Source: a virus
Direction: 5' to 3' (one strand)
IMG/VR virus record: IMGVR_UViG_3300045988_144754
Length of the DNA: 64,000 nucleotides
In this document: in pieces, positions 1 through 9,925 of the stretch
How the letters are laid out: each line of letters opens with the position of its first letter
Numbering within the stretch: position 1 is the stretch's first letter
The notes under the pieces: generated by a model
What the model was told of the DNA's origin: nothing
The model's database searches: none
What the model saw: only the letters and a program-made list of their open reading frames with translations
Position numbers and translations under genes: made by a program

Positions 1-191
1 GCACTGCCCGTCACATATACACGGGCTGTTATCACGTTTGGTTCACTCGACGAGTAGTTCGGAGTGTACACACCCGTGTCGGGGGTGTAAATCTGAGTCT
101 CGCCCTTAGAGCATTGTGTAAAACACTGAACGGCCTTGCCGTCATTGAGGTCAACGATAGTAATCTGACCATTAGCTAATACTTTTGCCAT
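1..191 (-). CDS. 5' part of a CDS that continues beyond the window start (structural protein, N-terminus MAKVLANGQITIVDLNDG)
   Basis: ATG at 189-191 on the minus strand, open to position 1. It directly follows the tail-fibre gene on the same strand. Confidence 0.35.
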   Translation of the reverse strand, partial: MAKVLANGQITIVDLNDGKAVQCFTQCSKGETQIYTPDTGVYTPNYSSSEPNVITARVYVTGS

Positions 192-215
192 AATCGTTTG
201 TTTGTTTTAATATTA

Positions 216-2531
216 TTATATGTTACTATTAATAGTCTTTGTATCTGATACGCACACACTACATCCGAATTGTGCCTGTCTGTCTACGTCGTCACGTGTT
301 ATAAGACAGTTCCGGCCAATCCCCTCATGCAGCTTATTCCATACAGCATCATCTTCGGCATCAGCCGATTGTCGCCACCACGACCATGAGCTGTTGCCCA
401 CGGTGTCGCTTATGTCCTCGCCATTGCGTAGCAGCGTTGCCTTCAGCGTCATTTCGCCCGAACCGTTAATCATCACCGTGCCCGTATCGCTCGTTATCAT
501 TATCTGATAAGCCACGCCGTCCTCGCCCTTGTCTCCCTTCTCGCCTTTGCTTCCAGATAGAACTTTTTTCCATTGTGTCGAGCCGTCAGAAGGCTCACCT
601 GTTACGTCCTCCTCTGAATTGGCAACACACACCCAAACGGCATTATTGTGATTTACTTGGTCGTTCTTATGATAGGTATTTCCTTCTACCCAGTCACCTC
701 TATAATTGATGATATTAATAGTACTGCCGTCATCCGAAATCAATTCAAAGTATGAGGAATTGATTTTCGTTCCACCCTTCGGTGAAGTCTCGAATACCGA
801 CAGAGATACTTCTTTGTTCTCGCCATTTACGCTTTTTGTGATAGTATGCTTGTACTCAGAGATATTAGCATAGCAAGCGATACGAGGAGCATAGTCGCCA
901 GTTGTCTCAAGGATAATCACGTTCTGCCTGTCCGTCTTGTCGTACTCAAGATTGCCATTACGATGTCTGTTGCCGTCCAGCACGATTGTGTCGCCCTCAG
1001 CAGGGTCTCCCTTTATCTCAACAGGCGCATTCTTCTCTGTATATCCGTCTAAGCCTTCGGAATGCTTGCCAACGACAATCCAAGCAAACGCCTGACCATC
1101 GTACAATTCCACCTGTTCTTCTCTCGTCTGCTCCTTACCAGCTTCGTCAAGATAAGTCTCCGTTTTAGTGCCGTATATCTTCTCATTTTGCGTAGAAACG
1201 CCACCATCAGGAATAGTACGCCAGTAACTCTTATTACTTGTATCACTATATGCTCCACCAGCCACAATCTCGCCAATAGTCTGACAGCGCACTTGGTCGC
1301 CCTCCTGCCAGTAGTTCATCGTGGCAGTAGTTCCGTTGTCAGCTAAGAGATAGCATTTCCAGCCAGCGCATTCTGCATCATCCGCAGTTGTTTCTACCCA
1401 AGATATAACACCGTCAGCAGATACCGATTCCTTGACAGGCACAACTTTGATAAGCTTGCTACCAGCTCCAGATAAACAGATGTTGCCTCCAGAATAAGAC
1501 AGCTTGCGTACATCTAATTCGTGGAATATCGCCTTGCCCCAGATGGTGAGGTTCGTAACGAAGGCGTGATATTTTCCGTTATCCTTCTTAACAGCGAAAC
1601 CCTGCTCTGCTTCGTTGTCGTAGTCGATGGACTGTAACGACTCAAAGATGGCACGTCCTGCCTCGTCTATCAACGCTCCTCCCTTACCAAAGTAAGCACC
1701 TCTGTTCAGCTTTACTAAAGCCTCGCTCACCAGTCCTTTGATAAAGGTAATCATGCCGTTTACCGTGTCATCATTCTTTTTGGATAAGAAATGGCGTACA
1801 CCAAACTGCCCAAGGAACTCAGGAGTAACCACTTTGTTGGCTGACGTATCATCGGTGTTTTCTGTCGCTACGCCAACGATTTTATGTCCATTCAAGAAAA
1901 GGGTGGCGATAGTGGCTGTCGCTGCCTTGAGCGTAGTAAATGCTGCCACAGAGATGGTCTTCAGGAACTTGATGGTGTCGTGTACTGACTCATATCTCCA
2001 CCACTGACCCTCGCCGCCGGAAGCTATCGCTTCGTCGGTGGCAAGAGAACCGTATTCCACAGTGAGAGTCCACTCACGATACTTTTCTATGATGTCCTGA
2101 TCGTTCTCATCCTTACCTACATTTTTGGTCAGGACCTCAGAGATTTCTCCTTGCAGATACACATAGTAATAGTCCTCGTTGCCCACCTGCTTGTCCGGAG
2201 ATGCAATAGACTTACCGTAGATGTCAATGCGCTCGCTGGGGAATACCACCATTGCCGTACCGTTGACGCCATTGCTGACGCGCGGAATGGCTACGTAAAC
2301 ATACTTAGCCTTTGCATCAGGAAAGAGAGAGGGATAAGCCACTAACGGCCAACGCTGATAGTTGTGCCCGGCATCGTAGCCCAGACCCTCAATGTCCTGC
2401 ATATAGCATAGAATAGAAGCACCACTCGCCACGCTACACTGGATGTAGTTAGGCTCACCCATTGCGTTGAGTTGGATATAGAGCGCACTGCTCGAAATCC
2501 AATAATTCGTAAGTTTGACTTCTGTTGCCAT
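216..2531 (-). CDS. tail fibre / receptor-binding protein with a collagen-like Gly-X-Y stretch
   Basis: 771-aa ORF with GSKGEKGDKGEDG near the C-terminus, which is typical of phage fibre proteins. It is the last gene of the minus-strand structural operon in the window. Confidence 0.55.
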   Translation of the reverse strand: MATEVKLTNYWISSSALYIQLNAMGEPNYIQCSVASGASILCYMQDIEGLGYDAGHNYQRWPLVAYPSLFPDAKAKYVYVAIPRVSNGVNGTAMVVFPSERIDIYGKSIASPDKQVGNEDYYYVYLQGEISEVLTKNVGKDENDQDIIEKYREWTLTVEYGSLATDEAIASGGEGQWWRYESVHDTIKFLKTISVAAFTTLKAATATIATLFLNGHKIVGVATENTDDTSANKVVTPEFLGQFGVRHFLSKKNDDTVNGMITFIKGLVSEALVKLNRGAYFGKGGALIDEAGRAIFESLQSIDYDNEAEQGFAVKKDNGKYHAFVTNLTIWGKAIFHELDVRKLSYSGGNICLSGAGSKLIKVVPVKESVSADGVISWVETTADDAECAGWKCYLLADNGTTATMNYWQEGDQVRCQTIGEIVAGGAYSDTSNKSYWRTIPDGGVSTQNEKIYGTKTETYLDEAGKEQTREEQVELYDGQAFAWIVVGKHSEGLDGYTEKNAPVEIKGDPAEGDTIVLDGNRHRNGNLEYDKTDRQNVIILETTGDYAPRIACYANISEYKHTITKSVNGENKEVSLSVFETSPKGGTKINSSYFELISDDGSTINIINYRGDWVEGNTYHKNDQVNHNNAVWVCVANSEEDVTGEPSDGSTQWKKVLSGSKGEKGDKGEDGVAYQIMITSDTGTVMINGSGEMTLKATLLRNGEDISDTVGNSSWSWWRQSADAEDDAVWNKLHEGIGRNCLITRDDVDRQAQFGCSVCVSDTKTINSNI

Positions 2532-2697
2532 GATGATTTTTGATTATTTATTTTTAGATGTAGCAAAGTTACCGAAAACACTTTTCTTGATAGGGACAAA
2601 GCATGACGGGAGGGTGACACTTAGATACAAAAAAACGAAGAACACAGCCCTAAAGCCGATGTCCTTTGCCAAACAAACTAAGAAAAAAAGTATTCTA

Positions 2698-3750
2698 TCA
2701 AAGTAAAAGCGAACCATTAATATCGATCACTACTTTAAACGACAAAGCATACATGTTGGTGTTGGTGTCATCCTGGATAGTGGTCTCGTCTTCCAAAAGA
2801 ATGGTGCATGGAATCCAAATGCCGTGCGATAGAATCCATGCGTGTTCGCTCATGGCAAACTCGTGCAGATACCAGTCGAGCCAACTCTCGTCGAGCGGGT
2901 CAGTAGTGAGATTCCAAGTTTCCTGATCATTCTGCTTCTTGACCGACGCACGAGAGAAGGAGTTAAAAGTCTCCTGCTTTGCCACAATATACGATTCTGT
3001 TGTAAGCGCCATCTTACGGCTGTAGGATTTCGGCAGACTGACACTCTCAAGTACACCAAACAGATTGATGAAGCGTATGGTGTAACGGTTGCTCGCCTCT
3101 GTAGCAGGAAGCGCATAGAGTTGGTGAGTACCGACGGTCTGCAGTCCTTCCTGCGTAATCTCCTTAGAGACAGACGTGGGAGGAACCAGGGTCGGACTGT
3201 TACTGAGCAGTTGTTCCGTCTCGTAGGGTGTAGTATAAATAAAGGTGTCACCCACAACGACGGGTTGCGGCAAAGTGTTCGGCTTTCGGGTGAAAGAAAT
3301 GACTCCCTTACTGGGTCCAGACTGAAGGCGCACCATATCAGAGAAAGCACCCGCAATGCAGCGAAGGTTCGTGTTGCCGGTTTCGTCGGGCTCTTGAGGA
3401 TAAAACACCTCGCCTACATTGGTAAATATCTCACCATTGTTATCCATATATTCATCGTAGGCATGGACGTACCAGCTCACGAAAGGATAGGTTGTCGGCT
3501 CGGGAGTATATTTATAGGAGTCGAGTGCCGCACGCAAAGCTGACGATACATCAAGCGATACATCAGTGCCCTCTTTGGTGACGGGTTCATTGAGTTTTAT
3601 GACATCATAGCTGCCGTCATTGTCGAACACGACCTCTACGACGACACGATGAAAAGAAGGCGTATTCTCAAAAGCTGACGGAGAGATGGTAAAAGTAATC
3701 GGGTTGCCAGCAAGGATTGAACCAGATGTAAGTAAAATTTTCTGTGCCAT
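2698..3750 (-). CDS. hypothetical tail-associated protein
   Basis: 350-aa ORF between the ACP gene and the tail-fibre gene, same strand, compact spacing. Confidence 0.45.
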   Translation of the reverse strand: MAQKILLTSGSILAGNPITFTISPSAFENTPSFHRVVVEVVFDNDGSYDVIKLNEPVTKEGTDVSLDVSSALRAALDSYKYTPEPTTYPFVSWYVHAYDEYMDNNGEIFTNVGEVFYPQEPDETGNTNLRCIAGAFSDMVRLQSGPSKGVISFTRKPNTLPQPVVVGDTFIYTTPYETEQLLSNSPTLVPPTSVSKEITQEGLQTVGTHQLYALPATEASNRYTIRFINLFGVLESVSLPKSYSRKMALTTESYIVAKQETFNSFSRASVKKQNDQETWNLTTDPLDESWLDWYLHEFAMSEHAWILSHGIWIPCTILLEDETTIQDDTNTNMYALSFKVVIDINGSLLL

Positions 3751-3813
3751 ATCTATAGATAAAACAGGAGATGAATGTATGTGCTGAGATTTTTCTTGGG
3801 GCTACGAAAGTCG

Positions 3814-4062
3814 CTAAGACATTTTTTTCTCTACGATAGCTGTCACATCAGACACAAGTTGTAAGTCTTTTGCCTCTTCGGGCGAAATCTTGATATGGAA
3901 CATGGTTTCGGTCTGAAGAACGAGATCGAGAAAGTCGATAGACTCAAGAGCGAGATCATCACGCAGGTTGGAGCTGTCGGTCACTTCTGCTGTCGATGCC
4001 CAAGGTGTGCGCAGGCCTTCAACTATATTGAACACCCGCTGGCGAATATCTTCTTTGTTCAT
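3814..4062 (-). CDS. acpP: acyl carrier protein
   Basis: 82 aa. The motif DDLALESIDFLDLVL matches the ACP phosphopantetheine-attachment region (DLGADSLDTVELVM). Its start overlaps the KAS stop (ATGA). Confidence 0.7.
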   Translation of the reverse strand: MNKEDIRQRVFNIVEGLRTPWASTAEVTDSSNLRDDLALESIDFLDLVLQTETMFHIKISPEEAKDLQLVSDVTAIVEKKMS

Positions 4063-5273
4063 AATGATTGGAATTTAGAAATGATGAATGATGAATTGGT
4101 GCCTCCGAAGCCAAAGGCATTACAAAGAATATGGTGTGATAAGTACTCGCGTGACTGCATGACGAGATTGAGCTGTGGAAAAGCATTCTCGGCTGTGGTA
4201 GCCGCACCGAAGATAGTGTCTGTGTTGAGCATCATGGCGGCTTGAACGGCCTGCGATACACCAGCCATCCAGCACTCGTGACCCGTCATACCCTTGGTGG
4301 CTACGATATAAGGGCTCTCGGGGAACACCTTTCCGATGGCTTCTGCCTCTGCAGCATCGCCCTGCTCCGTACCTGTGGCATGGGCGAGGAGTACATCTAT
4401 CATTCCGGCATCGAGTCCAGCCGACTCTATGGCCTTAATCATTGCCACCTCTTCCTGATAAGCATCCGGGGTACAGATGCTTGTGCCGTTAGTGGAAAAG
4501 CCGTAGCCTGAAAGTTCTGCCACGGGCGAGACTTCATAATCCTCGAAACGCAAGCTGTCGGAAGGCTCAAGAATAACACAGGCTGCACCACCCGAAGGAG
4601 CAAGACCATTGCGGGCTTTGCCGAAAGGCTGCACCTTGTCGGGCGAGAAAACGCCCATGGCATCAAACGACAGCATGGAGAAGGGACCAGTCTCCTGTGC
4701 TCCAACGACAATCACCATGTCGGTTTGGCGCGCATCAAGAAGCATCTTGGCAAGACCGATGGCATGACCTCCTCCGGCACAAGCCCCGCTGACGGTAAGC
4801 GAGAGTCCTTTCAGTCCGTAGATAGAGGCGAGGCTCATGCTGACGGTGGAATTGAGTGTGCGGAACACTGCACCTGCCCCTAAACGTCGGGTGTCGCGCT
4901 GTGTAATGGCAGTGGTCATTGCCTGATAGTTGTCTCCCGCCGTAGAGTCGTTGCTGACGATGACCGATACATTGTGAGACTGCAAGAACTCGGGAAGAAT
5001 ATTGGCTTCCACCAGAGCCTCGTTGACGGCAGATAAGGAATATAGGGTCGGTTCGGAAAGACATTGCCGTTGACCCCTGGTGAGTTTTGAAAACTTCCAA
5101 GGGTTCGGATCATTTATCTTTCCGCACAGGTCGGACTGATAACCTTTCTCGCTGCGCGCGGGGTCGTGGTGCAGACCGCACTCTCCATACGCCAGCTTCT
5201 GTGCGACGGAAAAGGTATCGTTGCCAAGACTGGAAACAATACCTGTGCCTGTGATTAATATTTTTCTATCCAT
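4059..5273 (-). CDS. beta-ketoacyl-ACP synthase (FabF/FabB-like KAS)
   Basis: Active-site region GACAGGGHAIG, His motifs HATGTEQGD and KGMTGHECWMAG, and C-terminal NAFGFGGTNSSFII all match KAS I/II. I trimmed the start to the internal Met (MDRKILITGTGIVSSLGN), because the upstream extension overlaps the preceding gene. Confidence 0.8.
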   Translation of the reverse strand: MDRKILITGTGIVSSLGNDTFSVAQKLAYGECGLHHDPARSEKGYQSDLCGKINDPNPWKFSKLTRGQRQCLSEPTLYSLSAVNEALVEANILPEFLQSHNVSVIVSNDSTAGDNYQAMTTAITQRDTRRLGAGAVFRTLNSTVSMSLASIYGLKGLSLTVSGACAGGGHAIGLAKMLLDARQTDMVIVVGAQETGPFSMLSFDAMGVFSPDKVQPFGKARNGLAPSGGAACVILEPSDSLRFEDYEVSPVAELSGYGFSTNGTSICTPDAYQEEVAMIKAIESAGLDAGMIDVLLAHATGTEQGDAAEAEAIGKVFPESPYIVATKGMTGHECWMAGVSQAVQAAMMLNTDTIFGAATTAENAFPQLNLVMQSREYLSHHILCNAFGFGGTNSSFIISKFQSL

Positions 5274-5302
5274 GATTATGTTTGTTTGATTAAAGAATAC
5301 TC

Positions 5303-8116
5303 TTACAAGGCATAGACGGTCAGTTCTACCTCTCCAATGCCTTCCTTGGCCGTGATAGTTGTATTCACCTTGTCGATAAGACATTTCACACCTCCGATGT
5401 TCCACCACGTCTTCCAGTGGTTAGGTATGTCGGCTATCTGTGCGACAGAAGCCGAACAGCGGATGATGTACTTCTTGCGGTTAAGCAGGAAATAGGCGTA
5501 GGGCAGAATGAAGGTATCGAAAAGACCGCGTGAGCGTATCTTGGTTATCACATTGCCGTTAGTGTCCACCTCGTCGGGGGCGCAGAGTGAAACATCCTTA
5601 TATTCAGGCTTACTGAGCCATGACGGCTCTTTGAAAGCACGTATCTTGAGCGAGAAACGTTCACCTTTGCCTCTGCCTTCCTGAATACCATTATAGTCGA
5701 AGACATTGCCCATCATGTCAATAGAGTCGCAAGCAAGAGCATATTCGCCTGCTGCCGTGCGCCACTTGGAAGTACCGAAGTGGTCGTAGTTATAGTCATA
5801 GGGCTCTGTAGTTGCATTCGTACCGCCGCCTCGCATCATGGCCAAGGCAAAGCCCCATCGTGAATCGTCTTGAAGAGGCGAGTTGCCGTCTTCGGTGTTT
5901 GACGGGTCGTAACTTTCGACGAGTTTCAGAGACTGCTGCATGTAGAAATCGCAGAAAGGCGAGGAGATGGTCTGGTTGATGATTTGCTCGACAAACTCAT
6001 GCTCCATGTCCTCATCGACATAGGCGCAGAGGATAGGCTGTCCTTCCTTGATAACGACACCATAGGTTGTTGTCTTTGAATCGTCATAGTACTTTGCCGT
6101 ATGAGAGCCGTAAGCAGCCTCTATCTCCTTGAAATAGTTGACATCATTGAACGGCACGGGGGTGAAGTCGATGGTGATGTCGTGGATGAAGTCTTCATTC
6201 TCCTCGCTGCAATCGCCATACTCCACACCCTTGTACTGGCCTACCTCGAAAAGTACAGGTTTGAGGTCGGCTGTAGTAGTGGCGTCGCCATTCACCTTCA
6301 CGCGATAGGCATTGCCCGTCTTCGGGTCGATGTAGCATCTTTTATCGCCAGAACTTAAATTATGAAAGAAGTCAACGTAATCTCGATCGTAAACCGTTTC
6401 GTTGTCTCCACTTCCCGGTTCGGGATAGTCGATATAGTCGTAGTCGGTAGCATAGCCCATATTTTTATTCTTGCGGCTGTCCTTGACGTTCTGCTGCTGA
6501 TCCTTGGCATCGCTCTCTTCGGAGTATCGCATACGTACACCCGTTATCTTCTCGCTGACGGGAATGATAGAATGAATGTCTGCGCGGAACGTGAGTGCTG
6601 GCTGTCCACTCTCGCGAAGCACGTCACGGATGAGGTAGGCCGTGACTTTCTTTTGCTCATAGTCGTAGGAGAACTTGATGCCAAAGGCGCTCTCCAAAGA
6701 TGAGATAATCGTGCTGACACTCTCATCAGGAAAGTTGTCGCTGTTGGCCACCATATAGAGCACGTTGGCCTGCACGTTGAACTTAGAGATTTGCGCCTCG
6801 ATGCTGATACCTGTCACCTTGCCGCCCTCTTTTGTCGTCTCTCCCACCTGTATGTGTTCGGAAGTTCCTTCGTTAGTGGTAAGGGTGAGCTCGTTGACCG
6901 TCTTGTCCTCTGCCTTTACGATGTTGATTTTTCCACCACAACCGCGCGACTCCAACCAGGAGTTGATATGATCTTGCTTCTTGAAATAACCTTCCTTAAT
7001 CTCGCCTTCCTTCTTTTTCTTGGCGATGACTTCGGGGTCGTCCTTCTTGTAGTATGTTCCGTGATGTGGATGCTCTTTGGTATCGTAGGCGCAAACGGTG
7101 GTGAAGAAACAGAGGTGCTTCATATCCTCTATCTGCATCAGTGCCGACTTGTCGAAGGTGACACCCAAGTGAGCAAACAGGCAGTCGAGAAAATAGAGTA
7201 CATAGAAACAAATGCCCGACTGCGGACGGCGTGCGTCCAACACCCAATAGGGATAAAGATCTTCGTTAGTCCACTTGCAATCCTTTGTGCTGATAATGTC
7301 GCTCGATGTGGTGCCATCGTCTGCCAGTCCGTGGTGCTTGTAGCAGATACGGGCATTGCAATAGGCTGCGGGACGGCCTGCGCCATCAGTCTCGCCATAG
7401 GCTGCCGATGTGTTGATATAGTCGCCATTCTTGGCGATGGCGGGCTCGTTGACTGTATTGCCGTTGGGGTAGGATCGTGACGACTTTCTCTTGGCATCGG
7501 CCTTCATGTGTAAAGGAGAAAGAATGTTGGTGGTGTACTCCTGGCACGATGCAGGATAGGAGAAGCCAAGAGCCTGCGGTTCGAGCACTTTACTCACGCT
7601 TACGTGCTCGGCATGAATGGTTCGGGTGACAGTCTCATCATCCTTATGCTTACCTCCCTCCACGAATACACTGACATTTACAACAGGGTCGCTCTCGATG
7701 TCTACCCTTACATTGCCTATCTTCTCGCCGATGATCAATTCATCCTTGATGGGGATGTCACGGCAGTTTAGCGAACCGATGAGGTCGCTGAAACTCTGTC
7801 TGCCTGCATTAATACTCATAGAGAGCGAGTCTTTTATCTCTTCAGCATCCTGCATGACGAGCGTACCGTTGCGGAAGGGCAGTCCGTCGGCATGAATGCG
7901 CGTAGGCAAATGCTCCATGTTGACAGCACGAAACGATGCCCGCACGTCATCGATGTTCTTTACCAGCCATCGGTTGCCGTCGAGCGGAATGGAAAACGGA
8001 TAGGCGAACATCTCGTTGTCATTGAACACAGGGTTCTGGTCCTCTATATCGATAGAGAAATCATCGGGCAGCGACACGGGGCGGTCGTTGATAAGTATGG
8101 TGAGATGTGAGTTCAT
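5303..8116 (-). CDS. large virion structural protein (tail or baseplate candidate)
   Basis: 937-aa ORF in the structural operon upstream of the ACP/KAS pair. No recognisable motif. Confidence 0.45.
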   Translation of the reverse strand: MNSHLTILINDRPVSLPDDFSIDIEDQNPVFNDNEMFAYPFSIPLDGNRWLVKNIDDVRASFRAVNMEHLPTRIHADGLPFRNGTLVMQDAEEIKDSLSMSINAGRQSFSDLIGSLNCRDIPIKDELIIGEKIGNVRVDIESDPVVNVSVFVEGGKHKDDETVTRTIHAEHVSVSKVLEPQALGFSYPASCQEYTTNILSPLHMKADAKRKSSRSYPNGNTVNEPAIAKNGDYINTSAAYGETDGAGRPAAYCNARICYKHHGLADDGTTSSDIISTKDCKWTNEDLYPYWVLDARRPQSGICFYVLYFLDCLFAHLGVTFDKSALMQIEDMKHLCFFTTVCAYDTKEHPHHGTYYKKDDPEVIAKKKKEGEIKEGYFKKQDHINSWLESRGCGGKINIVKAEDKTVNELTLTTNEGTSEHIQVGETTKEGGKVTGISIEAQISKFNVQANVLYMVANSDNFPDESVSTIISSLESAFGIKFSYDYEQKKVTAYLIRDVLRESGQPALTFRADIHSIIPVSEKITGVRMRYSEESDAKDQQQNVKDSRKNKNMGYATDYDYIDYPEPGSGDNETVYDRDYVDFFHNLSSGDKRCYIDPKTGNAYRVKVNGDATTTADLKPVLFEVGQYKGVEYGDCSEENEDFIHDITIDFTPVPFNDVNYFKEIEAAYGSHTAKYYDDSKTTTYGVVIKEGQPILCAYVDEDMEHEFVEQIINQTISSPFCDFYMQQSLKLVESYDPSNTEDGNSPLQDDSRWGFALAMMRGGGTNATTEPYDYNYDHFGTSKWRTAAGEYALACDSIDMMGNVFDYNGIQEGRGKGERFSLKIRAFKEPSWLSKPEYKDVSLCAPDEVDTNGNVITKIRSRGLFDTFILPYAYFLLNRKKYIIRCSASVAQIADIPNHWKTWWNIGGVKCLIDKVNTTITAKEGIGEVELTVYAL

Positions 8117-8781
8117 TGTTTCTTGATATTTACTTGAGCGTTGTCGTATATAGAGATAAACTGACGGGTGAAGGAGTTGACGACGGCATTACCGAAAGCA
8201 TAAATAGCTCTGTGCCCATGGTCGGTGAGTGTGCCTGCCGTGATGTTGACCACCGACATGTCATAACACTCGGCAGAGGCATTGGTGGTCAGTCGGGACT
8301 GGTTGCGTGCCACGGCGTGACCTTCCTTGACGGTGGCCCGTGAGAAGTCGCGCAACTCTACATGGCAGTCGGGATTCATAACCAGGGCAGAGGCAATGTT
8401 GTGCAGCACGACACGGGCGTTGCCCAGGATATAGGCCGTGTGGGCATGATAGAGGTGGATGGTCTCTGTGCTGTCGCCGATGAGCACATTGCCCGTAGGC
8501 GAGTCCTCGTTGTAGAAGATGCCGGCAGCATTTATCTCATTCTTATAGTCAGGATAGAAGTCCCGAAAAGCTGCCATGACCTGCTGTGGCACTTCGGTTA
8601 TCATGCCGTGCCAATACTTGTGCCACGCAGCGCACATCTGCTGTATGCTCTCCGTGCCACGGAAAGCAAGTTGCGACTCCTGGCAGTTGCCGCTCTGGGC
8701 AAGGATGGCGATACACAATGCCTTAAACTTTTCGGACTTCTCCATATCCTGACTCTTCTCTATTATCGAATTTCCAGTCAT
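8113..8781 (-). CDS. hypothetical protein
   Basis: 222-aa ORF with a 4-nt overlap to the downstream gene. Confidence 0.45.
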   Translation of the reverse strand: MTGNSIIEKSQDMEKSEKFKALCIAILAQSGNCQESQLAFRGTESIQQMCAAWHKYWHGMITEVPQQVMAAFRDFYPDYKNEINAAGIFYNEDSPTGNVLIGDSTETIHLYHAHTAYILGNARVVLHNIASALVMNPDCHVELRDFSRATVKEGHAVARNQSRLTTNASAECYDMSVVNITAGTLTDHGHRAIYAFGNAVVNSFTRQFISIYDNAQVNIKKQ

Positions 8782-8818
8782 TTCTGACTAAAATAAGCAC
8801 TAAAAACAAAACGACATC

Positions 8819-9895
8819 TTAGACTCCCGCTTCGGCGATGGTCTTGGTAAGGATGGCCTCGTAGCCGGTGAGTTCGTCTTCGGTTACGATGTCGGCATAC
8901 TCCTGGCGCAAACGGTCGATACGCTCCTTCAGTCCCTTAACCCTTGCCTTGGTACTTGGCTTGTCCTTGCGGATGATATACTTGATGATGGCATCAGCTT
9001 CGGCCTTGTGCTTGGCTGCCTTGTCGCGTGCGGCTTTCACCTCTGGGCGGTCGGCTGCGATTTTCTCTGCTATGCTGACGGCAAAGCGAGGATCACGCCC
9101 TTGTGCTTTCTCATAGAAGGGCTTGAGCTGGGTACGCAGTTCCTGTGGCGACAAACTGAAAGTCTTTTCCACATAAGCGATGTATTCAGGATCGCCATTG
9201 CGCTGATTCAATCGGAGATACACTTCGCCCATTTCACGGTCCACTGCCATGTAAATATCGGGCAGGATTTGGCTCTCTATCTCTGTGGCGCGGGTGGCGA
9301 GCAGCGCTATCTCGGCTTCAGTGTAGAGGATGCCCTTGTTCTGCTGTTTCGACTTCTCGTTGGCTTCTGCCATCGTCTTGGCTTGTTCGGCCTTGCTTGC
9401 CATCTCGTTGCGGAGGTCACGCACGGTATTGACGCGCTGTTGAAGGGCAGGACTGAGGAAGGGACGTATCTGTGCGAGGTTGGGCATGGTGGCGGCGATG
9501 CTCTCGCCGTTGGGGTTGGCCACAATGCCGCCGTAGGTGAGTGGCTGTACGGCCACGTTGGGCTTTATCTCGGGAAAGAGCGACTGGCGGGCTTCGTCGA
9601 GGGCTTTCTGCTTCTGCTGTTCGTTGTATCGTTCCTGCTCCTCCTTGGTGGGTCGGCCCACGTGGCGCTTGGCTTCGGTGGTGGCGGGTATGGGAATAAT
9701 CTGCAGACTGGTGATCAACTGGCGCACACGGCGGTGGTAGTCACGAAAACGATGTGAGTCGCGCACGAAAGCCTGTGCGCTGGGCACGCTTTCGAGCAGT
9801 GTCAGTCCCTGCTCGAAGGCTTCTTTCTGTTCGGCTGTCAACATTCGGGTGTTGAGTGCCGGCGTGAGTATCTGGATGATTTGCTCTTTGTTCAT
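8819..9895 (-). CDS. hypothetical protein
   Basis: 358-aa ORF in the same operon. Confidence 0.45.
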   Translation of the reverse strand: MNKEQIIQILTPALNTRMLTAEQKEAFEQGLTLLESVPSAQAFVRDSHRFRDYHRRVRQLITSLQIIPIPATTEAKRHVGRPTKEEQERYNEQQKQKALDEARQSLFPEIKPNVAVQPLTYGGIVANPNGESIAATMPNLAQIRPFLSPALQQRVNTVRDLRNEMASKAEQAKTMAEANEKSKQQNKGILYTEAEIALLATRATEIESQILPDIYMAVDREMGEVYLRLNQRNGDPEYIAYVEKTFSLSPQELRTQLKPFYEKAQGRDPRFAVSIAEKIAADRPEVKAARDKAAKHKAEADAIIKYIIRKDKPSTKARVKGLKERIDRLRQEYADIVTEDELTGYEAILTKTIAEAGV

Positions 9896-9925
9896 ATTGT
9901 TGTGTCTTTTATTGTTGTCGGGGTT

